Assembly: GCA_046754105.1 (NCBI GenBank)
Contig: JBHHVD010000052.1
Location: 1 to 22,223 of the forward strand
From: Candidatus Krumholzibacteriia bacterium
GTDB lineage: Bacteria > Krumholzibacteriota > Krumholzibacteriia > WVZY01
Direction: 5' to 3'
DNA length: 22,223 bases
The notes beneath the pieces were generated by a model. That model was not told where the DNA came from, did not search any database, and saw only the letters and a list, made by a program, of their open reading frames with translations. Below, piece by piece: positions 15,518-22,223 of this stretch (its first letter is position 1; the number at the start of each line of letters is the position of its first letter). A program made the position numbers and the translations under genes.

Positions 15518-16599
15518 AATCGCAGCTGGCCCGAGACGTCACCCGGCAGCTCGACCGCGGCGGCAGGATCCTCGTCACCCGTCTCGACTATCTCGGTGAT
15601 GTCATCCTGTCGCTGCCCCTGGTGCGCGCCCTGCAGCGCCGGTTTCCGGACGCCGAGATCGATTATCTGACCCGGCGGCAGGGGGCCGACGTGCTGACCG
15701 GCGAACCGGGATTGGGTCGCGTCTTTCGAGTTCCCGAAAAAAGAGAGGGAACCGGCGCGATGATTCGTCTCATCCGCGGGCTGCGACGGCGCCGCTACGG
15801 AGCGGCGATCGACCTGTACTCGAATCCGCGCAGTGCGGTTCTCTGCAGGCTCTCCGGAGCGAGGTTGCGTATCGGCGGTGCGCGCCGTATCCGCCGACAC
15901 CTCTACACGCACGCTCTGCGTGTGCCTGCGGCGGTGAGAGCGGCCACCGAACACCACTTGTTTTTTGGCAAGTGCCTGGGTGTGGAGGCAGGCGCGGAAA
16001 AGCCCAACCTCACGATTTCCGAATCCGAAATAGAGAAGGCCGGCGCCGTGCTGGCATCCCTCGGATGCGGCGACCGCCGGCCGCTGGTCGGTATCCACCC
16101 CGGCGGCAAGTGGGAGGTCAAGCGATGGCCCGGCGATCGCTTCACGTCGTTGGCGGAACGCCTCATCGAACGCGGCTGCCGGGTCGCGGTGTTTTGCGGA
16201 CCCGGCGAGCAGGACTACCGCGACGCGATGCGGGGGCGGCTGGGGGAGCGCGCGGCGTACGTGCCGTCGCTGGGGGTGCGTGAGACGGCGGCCGTCATCC
16301 ACGAACTGGACGGCATCGTGGTTTGCGACGGCGGCATCATGCACGTATCCGTTGCCGTGGGCACACCGACCGTTGGCATCTTCGGCAGCAGCGAGCCGGA
16401 CGTGTGGTTTCCGTACGAGCGGTACGGACCGTACACGCCCGCCTGGGTGCCGGTCGCCTGCCGGCCGTGCCACAGCCATTTCTGCGATCACTTGAGCTGC
16501 CTGAACTACCTGAGCGTCGAGGCGGTCGAACGGAAACTCGACTCGGTTCTCGACGGTGCTTCGACGCACCCCACGGCAAGCCGGCAGGAGCACAGATGA
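15514..16599 (+). CDS. GT9 heptosyltransferase family protein
   Basis: ATGA overlap. ILVTRLDYLGDVILSLP, GIHPGGKWEVKRWP, CDGGIMH, GTPTVGIFG, CRPC...C...C. Confidence 0.92.
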   Translation: MKSQLARDVTRQLDRGGRILVTRLDYLGDVILSLPLVRALQRRFPDAEIDYLTRRQGADVLTGEPGLGRVFRVPEKREGTGAMIRLIRGLRRRRYGAAIDLYSNPRSAVLCRLSGARLRIGGARRIRRHLYTHALRVPAAVRAATEHHLFFGKCLGVEAGAEKPNLTISESEIEKAGAVLASLGCGDRRPLVGIHPGGKWEVKRWPGDRFTSLAERLIERGCRVAVFCGPGEQDYRDAMRGRLGERAAYVPSLGVRETAAVIHELDGIVVCDGGIMHVSVAVGTPTVGIFGSSEPDVWFPYERYGPYTPAWVPVACRPCHSHFCDHLSCLNYLSVEAVERKLDSVLDGASTHPTASRQEHR

Positions 16600-17657
16600 A
16601 CACTCGCACACTGCTTGCGATTCGCCTCCGGCAGCTCGGCGACGTGCTTGCCACCCTTGGCACGTTGCGAGCGGTCAAGCGGGCCGACCCCGGGCGCCGA
16701 ATCGTCTTTATGGTTGACGCTCACTACCACGACCTCCTGCGACCGGTGCCTTTTGTCGACCGGCTGCTGGTCCAGCCCCCGAAGCTCGCCGGCTCCGGCG
16801 GGGTGATGAAATTCAATGATTATATAGACGACTTGCGCGGGCTCGGGACGGACTGCGTGCTGGATTTTCATTCGAACACGCGTAGCGCGCTTCTCTCGTG
16901 GCTGTCCGGTGCGGCGCGGAGGATCGGGTTCGACGTCCGCATGCGCAAGGTGCTCTACACCGACGTAGAGCCGCGGGCCGTCTTCGAGAACGGTCACAAA
17001 AGGCCGCGGACGGCGCACGAATCGGCAATGGCGCTGGCCGCCAGAGGCGGGCTCGCCGGTCTCGAGGACGACGGGTACAACACTCTGCCGGTGTCGCAGG
17101 CCCGCGTGGCCGAGGGCAAGCGCGCGCTCCTCGCCAGCGGCGTCGGCGAAGAGCGCCTGCGTGCCGGTGCGGTGGTCGGCGTCAACCCGGGCAACCCGTA
17201 TCCGGCCAAGGCGTGGCCGCACCGCTATTTCGTGGAGGTGGCACGGCGGCTCGTGGCCGGCGGCAAGGCGGTCGTCATCATGTGGGGACCGGGCGAAAAG
17301 GAACGAGCCGCCCGGGTCGCGGGCGACGCCGGCCGGGGGGTTACGGTCGCGCCGGCGATGCCACTCGCCGCCATGCCCGGCTTCGTGAGACAACTGTCGC
17401 TGATCGTGACCATCGACTCCGGTCTCAAGCACCTCGCCGTGTCGGTCGGCGTGCCGACGTTGACGCTTTTCGGGCCGACCGATCCCGACGAGTGGCACAT
17501 GGGAGCGAAGCATGACCGGTACCTGTACGAGAACCTTTCGTGTTCCCCGTGCAGGCTGCTCGTGTGTCCCTTCGGCAGCCCGTGCATGACGCGCCTGACG
17601 CCGGACGCCGTCGTGAAGGCCGCTGCGTCGATCGGCGGCGGGACGGCCCCACGATGA
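16596..17657 (+). CDS. GT9 heptosyltransferase family protein
   Basis: ATGA overlap. IRLRQLGDVL, VNPGNPYPAKAWP, IDSGLKHLA, TLTLFGPTDP, CSPCRLLVC...C. Confidence 0.92.
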   Translation: MNTRTLLAIRLRQLGDVLATLGTLRAVKRADPGRRIVFMVDAHYHDLLRPVPFVDRLLVQPPKLAGSGGVMKFNDYIDDLRGLGTDCVLDFHSNTRSALLSWLSGAARRIGFDVRMRKVLYTDVEPRAVFENGHKRPRTAHESAMALAARGGLAGLEDDGYNTLPVSQARVAEGKRALLASGVGEERLRAGAVVGVNPGNPYPAKAWPHRYFVEVARRLVAGGKAVVIMWGPGEKERAARVAGDAGRGVTVAPAMPLAAMPGFVRQLSLIVTIDSGLKHLAVSVGVPTLTLFGPTDPDEWHMGAKHDRYLYENLSCSPCRLLVCPFGSPCMTRLTPDAVVKAAASIGGGTAPR

Positions 17658-18415
17658 ACCTCTCGCGGATTTCGGTCATCGTTACCTCGTTCAATGAGGC
17701 GGCCAATATTTCACGCTGCCTCGAGGGCCTCGACGGCTTCGGAGAAATCATTCTGGTCGATTCGTTCAGCACGGATGACACGCTGGAAAAAGCCCGCGAA
17801 TACCCCGTGACCATTTACCAGAGACCGTACGAGTCGGCGGCGAGGCAGAAGAACTGGGCGCTTGAACGCGTGCGGCATCCGTGGGTGCTGATACTGGACG
17901 CGGACGAGGCGTTGACCGAAGGGCTCAAGCGGGAGATCGCCGGCATGGACGAATCGGGCGGACCGGACGGGTTCTGGATCCGGCGCCAGAGCGAGTACCT
18001 GGGACGAACCATCCGCCACTGCGGGTGGCAGCGTGACAAGGTGCTGCGGTTTTTCCGCCCCGGTCTGGGGCGCTACGAGGAAAGAGCCGTGCACGAGGAG
18101 GTCACTCTGGAGGGCCGCGAGGCGATCATGGACGGCAAGCTCCATCATTTCCCGTATCGCAAAGTCGGATCTCATCTACAAAAACTACGTGAATACAGCA
18201 GCCGCGGCGCGATCGATTACGTCGACAAGGGCGGCCGGTTCGCCCTGCTCAACATGCTTCTCCACCCTCCGTTTCGTTTCTTGCGTATGTACGTGCTGCA
18301 ACTCGGCGTGCTCGACGGCTCTCGCGGGCTCATGCTCTGCCTGCTGTCATCCTACGGCGTCTACCTCAAGTACGCCAAGGCATGGGAAAGGCAACGGTGG
18401 CGGCAACGCGCATAA
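17654..18415 (+). CDS. GT2 LPS core beta-1,4-glucosyltransferase-like (WaaE/KdtX/LgtF type)
   Basis: ATGA overlap. ISVIVTSFNEA, VDSFSTDDT, QKNWAL, WVLILDADE (DxD), VHE, FLRMYVLQLGVLDG...KYAK. Confidence 0.9.
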   Translation: MNLSRISVIVTSFNEAANISRCLEGLDGFGEIILVDSFSTDDTLEKAREYPVTIYQRPYESAARQKNWALERVRHPWVLILDADEALTEGLKREIAGMDESGGPDGFWIRRQSEYLGRTIRHCGWQRDKVLRFFRPGLGRYEERAVHEEVTLEGREAIMDGKLHHFPYRKVGSHLQKLREYSSRGAIDYVDKGGRFALLNMLLHPPFRFLRMYVLQLGVLDGSRGLMLCLLSSYGVYLKYAKAWERQRWRQRA

Positions 18416-19530
18416 GGAAGGTCTGTTTTTTCGGCGGCTATACCGAAGGCTACCCGCGCCACGAAGTGTTGCGCAAGGGGCTCGAGAAGAGAAACGTGGA
18501 AGTGTGTACGTGCAGGACCTCGCCCAGGAGGCGCCTGTTGTCCCGCTACGCGGTGCTGTTGTACCGGTACTTGAAGATGAAACGGGATTTCGACGTTATC
18601 TACGTGCCCGAATTCCGGCACAAAGACGTGCCCCTGGCCTATGTGCTCGGAAGACTGACCGGCAAGCGCGTCGTTTTCGACCCGCTCGTGTCACGTTACG
18701 ACACCAAGGTAAATCGCGCGGAGGCGGACGAAGATTCGTTCCAGGCGTGGCACAACCGTAACCTGGATCGCATGGCGTTTTCCCTGTGCGATCTGGTGCT
18801 GTCGGATACGCAGGCGCACGCGGATTACTACACGGAGGAGCTCGGCGCGGCACCGAAAAAGATCCGGGTGCTGCCCGTTGGTTTCGACGAAGACCTCTTT
18901 ACCGTCAACGGCGGCGCCGCGCAGGGGACGCCGGGCGCCGGACCGCCTACCGGCGCGTGCAAGGTCCTCTTTGTAGGCAGCTATCTGCCCTTTCACGGCG
19001 TGGACGTCATCGTGCAGGCCGCTCGGCTGCTCCGCGACGAGGACATCGAGTTCGTACTCATCGGCGGCGGGCAGACGTACGACCGGGTGGCGGGGTATGT
19101 GAAAAAGGAAAACCTGACCCGGGTACGCCTGCACCCGAACGTGCCCATGAGGGACCTCGCACGGCACGTGGCGGACGCGGATATCAGCCTGGGCGTGTTC
19201 GGCCGCTCGGCGAAAAGCGGGCGCGTGGTTGCCAACAAGGTATTTCAGTCGATGGCGGTCGGCCGGCCGGTGATCACCGCCGACGGTGAGGCGGCGCGCG
19301 AGTTTTTCTCCGAAGGTGAGAACATCTGCCTGGTGCCGGCCGGGGACGCACGGGCGCTGGCGGAACGAATACGCACTCTCGCGCGGGAGCCGGCGATGCG
19401 AGCGGACATCGGCGCCGCGGGCGCGCGGATCGTACACGAGCGTTTTTCGAGCCGGTCGATCGCGGATGCATTTCTCCGCTACGCCGGGGAACTGCTGGAG
19501 TGCCGAACAGTTTCCGGGAAAGCGTCATGA
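18382..19530 (+). CDS. GT4 glycosyltransferase
   Basis: GT-B motifs VLFVGSYLPFHGVD, ADISLGVFG, ANKVFQSMAVGRPVIT, LVPAGD. Start ATG 18382 or GTG 18397. Confidence 0.88.
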   Translation: MGKATVAATRIRKVCFFGGYTEGYPRHEVLRKGLEKRNVEVCTCRTSPRRRLLSRYAVLLYRYLKMKRDFDVIYVPEFRHKDVPLAYVLGRLTGKRVVFDPLVSRYDTKVNRAEADEDSFQAWHNRNLDRMAFSLCDLVLSDTQAHADYYTEELGAAPKKIRVLPVGFDEDLFTVNGGAAQGTPGAGPPTGACKVLFVGSYLPFHGVDVIVQAARLLRDEDIEFVLIGGGQTYDRVAGYVKKENLTRVRLHPNVPMRDLARHVADADISLGVFGRSAKSGRVVANKVFQSMAVGRPVITADGEAAREFFSEGENICLVPAGDARALAERIRTLAREPAMRADIGAAGARIVHERFSSRSIADAFLRYAGELLECRTVSGKAS

Positions 19531-20666
19531 GCGGCCCTGCGAGCGTTCTCATGATCGATTCGGAATCGACCTGGCGCGGCGGCGAGGCCCAACTCGAGTT
19601 ACTGATCCGCGGCCTGCTGGCGGAGGGCGGCTTCGCGGTAACACTTGCCGCACCCCCGGATTCCGCGATCGCCGCCCGGGCCGGGGCGATGGGGGTAACG
19701 TGCCTTCCGTTGAGGGTTGCGGGAGGCATGGATCTTGCGGCGGCGTGGAAACTGAGAGGCTACTTGCGGACGAACCGTTACGATATCGTTCACTGTCATT
19801 CGTCGCACGCACACAGTGTCGCGTCCTTGGCGATGAAGCGCCCGTTCGGAAGGGGCCGGGGAACGAGGCGGCGGCTCGTGGTCAGCCGGCGGGTGGATTT
19901 TCCGATCGCGACCAACCTCTTCAGTACGGCGAAGTATCGCGCCGGCGTCGACGCCTACCTCGCGATATCGAACGGCGTGCGGGAGGTACTCGAGGAAGGC
20001 GGCGTGGAGGGGGACCGAATAACGCTGGTACGCAGCGGTATCGACCTGGATAAGTTTGCACGCGTGAGGAATATTGATTATCTTTACGATGAGTTTGGAA
20101 TGTCCGGGCAAACTCCGGTGATCGGCAATATTGCCGCACTGGCCCCTCATAAATCCCAGGCGGATTTTATCCGCGCCGCAGAATCCATAGCGAAACAACT
20201 GAGTGGAGCGAGATTCTTTGTCGTAGGCGAGGGCGAGCTGCGAGGCGAGCTCGAGGAATTGATAAGAGACCTGAAGCTGGAAGGTGACGTGGTGTTGACC
20301 GGCTTCCGGGAAGACGTACTGGAGCTGCTTTCGATGTTCGATTGTTTTGTGCTTTCCTCCAGCCTGGAAGGGTTATGCACTTCGATAATGGATGCGCAGA
20401 CGATGGGGGTCCCGGTGGTGGCGACTCGGACCGGCGGGGTGCCGGACCTGGTGGAAGACGGGGTCACCGGGCTGCTGGTGACGCCGGGAAGACCGGACCT
20501 GCTGGCGGAGGCGGTCGTGCGTATGATGACGGAACCGGGTTTGAAAGAATCGTGTGCCGCCGCCGCCACGTCCAGGGCAGAGAGTTACGATTATCGCCGC
20601 ATGGTAAGCGGTACCGTCGATGTGTACCATCGCCTGCTCGAGCACAATCAGGGGGGCGGGCGATGA
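19527..20666 (+). CDS. GT4 glycosyltransferase
   Basis: ATGA overlap. WRGGEAQ, DIVHCHSSH, IAALAPHK, GEGELR, GFREDV, SSLEGLCTSIMDA, PVVATRTGGVPDLV. Confidence 0.92.
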   Translation: MSGPASVLMIDSESTWRGGEAQLELLIRGLLAEGGFAVTLAAPPDSAIAARAGAMGVTCLPLRVAGGMDLAAAWKLRGYLRTNRYDIVHCHSSHAHSVASLAMKRPFGRGRGTRRRLVVSRRVDFPIATNLFSTAKYRAGVDAYLAISNGVREVLEEGGVEGDRITLVRSGIDLDKFARVRNIDYLYDEFGMSGQTPVIGNIAALAPHKSQADFIRAAESIAKQLSGARFFVVGEGELRGELEELIRDLKLEGDVVLTGFREDVLELLSMFDCFVLSSSLEGLCTSIMDAQTMGVPVVATRTGGVPDLVEDGVTGLLVTPGRPDLLAEAVVRMMTEPGLKESCAAAATSRAESYDYRRMVSGTVDVYHRLLEHNQGGGR

Positions 20667-21559
20667 TGACGCGGAACGTGTGGGTGTACTGGGCGCTGGT
20701 GGCAACGGTTGTCGTGTGGGGCGGTGCGCCGTCCGCACAGACGGGCGCGGACTCGACGATGACCCCGCCGACACCCGCAAAGGAAATGGAAGCGGTTGCC
20801 GACACGGCGGCGGGACCGTGGGTGGGCGGCGTGACCGACAGCCTGCTGCCGGATTTCGTGCCGTTTGGCGAAGGTGAGAAGCTCGTGTTCGCCGTGCAGT
20901 ACGGGATTATAACCGCCGGCGAAGCAACGCTGGAGATACGCAACGTCTCGGACGTCGGTGGCATCGCCTGTTACAACATTGTTTCGAACGCCCGGACCAA
21001 CGATGCGTTCTCCGCGTTCTTCAAGGTGCGCGACCGCTTCGTATCGCTCATGGACACGACGGAGCTGGTAAGTCTCAAGTACGAGAAGCATCTCCGCGAG
21101 GGCAAGTTCAAGCGGGACGAGGGGGTGACGTTCGACCAGTCGGCTCACAAGGCGCAGTACAAGGACAAGGTGGTGCAGATCGCTCCGAGGACACAGGACA
21201 TCCTGTCGTCGATGTACTACGTGCGCGCGCTGCCCCTGCAGGTCGGCCAGACCATAGCGCTGGCCAACCACACGGACGGCAAGAACTACCCCCTGGCCGT
21301 AAAAGTCCTGCGGGAGGAAAAAGTGACGGTCGACGCGGGCACGTTCGATTGCCTGGTAGTCGAACCGTTTCTCCAGGGGCCGGGCCTCTTTAATCAAAAG
21401 GGAAGATTGACGGTGTGGGTGACCAATGATAGGTATAAGATTCCGGTGTTGATGAAGAGCAAGGTGTTCATCGGCGCGGTGGCGGCGGTACTCAAGAGCT
21501 ATCGACTGGCGGACAAGCTGAACCATGACGAGCAAGTACGATCAAGAGGATCTCAATAG
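20663..21559 (+). CDS. Exported DUF3108-family protein
   Basis: ATGA overlap, signal-peptide-like N-terminus. PFGEGEKLVFAVQYGII.AGEA, FFKVRDRFVS, QDILSSMYYVR, EKVTVDAGTFDC, VWVTNDRYKIPV. Confidence 0.8.
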   Translation: MMTRNVWVYWALVATVVVWGGAPSAQTGADSTMTPPTPAKEMEAVADTAAGPWVGGVTDSLLPDFVPFGEGEKLVFAVQYGIITAGEATLEIRNVSDVGGIACYNIVSNARTNDAFSAFFKVRDRFVSLMDTTELVSLKYEKHLREGKFKRDEGVTFDQSAHKAQYKDKVVQIAPRTQDILSSMYYVRALPLQVGQTIALANHTDGKNYPLAVKVLREEKVTVDAGTFDCLVVEPFLQGPGLFNQKGRLTVWVTNDRYKIPVLMKSKVFIGAVAAVLKSYRLADKLNHDEQVRSRGSQ

Positions 21560-22223
21560 GATCCGGCCGGTTCCCATCGCGAGCCGGGATTCAAAGGTCG
21601 GAATCGATCGTTTCGTGCAACCTGCTGACGCGGGAATCGACGGCGCCGCCCTGGCCGCGGTATTTCCGGATATTTTGAAAGGGGACGACCTCAAGCGGGT
21701 CGTAGGCGCGCTGCAAACAGCGCGGCGTAAGCGCAGACCGATTCTGTGGATGATCGGAGCACACGTCATCAAGTGCGGCCTGTCCCTGTACGTCAATTCG
21801 TTGATCGAGAGCGGGTACATCACCGCGCTCGCCACGACGGGGTCGGCCACGGTGCACGATCTCGAACTCGCGTTCTTCGGCAAGACGTCGGAAGATGTGG
21901 CGCGGGAGCTGCCGCTCGGGCGCTTCGGCATGTCGGCAGAGACGGCGTCCCGTTTCGAGGCGGCTTGCGCTCACGCGGCCGGACGGGAGCTGGGGCTCGG
22001 TGAGGGTGTCGGAGAATACGTGGTGGAGGAACGTGCGCCGCACGAGATGTACAGCGTTTTCGGGTGTGCGCACCGCCACGACGTTCCCGCTACCGTTCAC
22101 GTCGCGCTGGGTACGGATATCACCCACCAGCATCCCGACTTTCCGGCGCCCCTCGTCGGAGAGTTGTCGATGCGGGATTTCCGCATACTGACGTCCGTAG
22201 TCGGCAACCTGTTCGATCACGGG
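21525..22223 (+). CDS. Conserved hypothetical protein, deoxyhypusine-synthase-like fold (3' truncated by window)
   Basis: Not in the ORF track because it has no stop in the window. Manual translation from ATG 21525 is open to the end: MTSKYDQEDLNRIRPVPIASRDSKV...PDILKG...RPILWMIGAHVIKCGLS...ALATTGSATVHDLELA..GKTSEDV...GRFGMSAET...GLGEGVG...PATVHVALGTDITHQHP...DFRIL. Confidence 0.8.
   Translation, partial: MTSKYDQEDLNRIRPVPIASRDSKVGIDRFVQPADAGIDGAALAAVFPDILKGDDLKRVVGALQTARRKRRPILWMIGAHVIKCGLSLYVNSLIESGYITALATTGSATVHDLELAFFGKTSEDVARELPLGRFGMSAETASRFEAACAHAAGRELGLGEGVGEYVVEERAPHEMYSVFGCAHRHDVPATVHVALGTDITHQHPDFPAPLVGELSMRDFRILTSVVGNLFDHG

Noticed and set aside
20040..20400. Locally lower-GC patch inside the second GT4 (similar one in msbA near 11460-11540)
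   Set aside because: The reading frame and motifs are continuous, with no repeats or mobility genes. Not enough evidence for an insertion or recent transfer.
1..22223. CRISPR arrays, tRNA/rRNA, IS/integrase/phage or defence genes
   Set aside because: None seen. The window is almost fully accounted for by envelope and housekeeping CDSs, with no regularly spaced repeats.

Overview
GC-rich chromosomal window from a diderm (LPS-producing) bacterium. I saw no mobile element, CRISPR array, tRNA or rRNA. The left part (1-6832) holds a GldA-type ABC transporter ATPase on the minus strand (its downstream partner starts at the window edge), a divergent membrane protein plus lipoprotein pair, a membrane-anchored L7/L12-CTD-like + zinc-ribbon protein, a DUF72 protein, a GT-C (PMT/ArnT-like) glycosyltransferase and two tandem BamE/SmpA-like lipoprotein paralogues. 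The middle (7019-9867) is an hsp20-lon operon behind a clear sigma70 promoter. The right part (9923-end) is a long, translationally coupled LPS-core/ADP-heptose operon: four GT9 genes (the first catalytically degenerate), an MsbA-like exporter, split hldA/hldC, GT2, two GT4, a DUF3108 protein and a truncated deoxyhypusine-synthase-like ORF missing from the ORF track. The best leads are a structured RNA with terminator/antiterminator geometry between the lipoprotein paralogues, several sigma54-like -24/-12 promoters, the DHS-like and DUF3108 genes inside the LPS operon, and the degenerate GT9. Family calls come from motif recognition by eye, not database searches.
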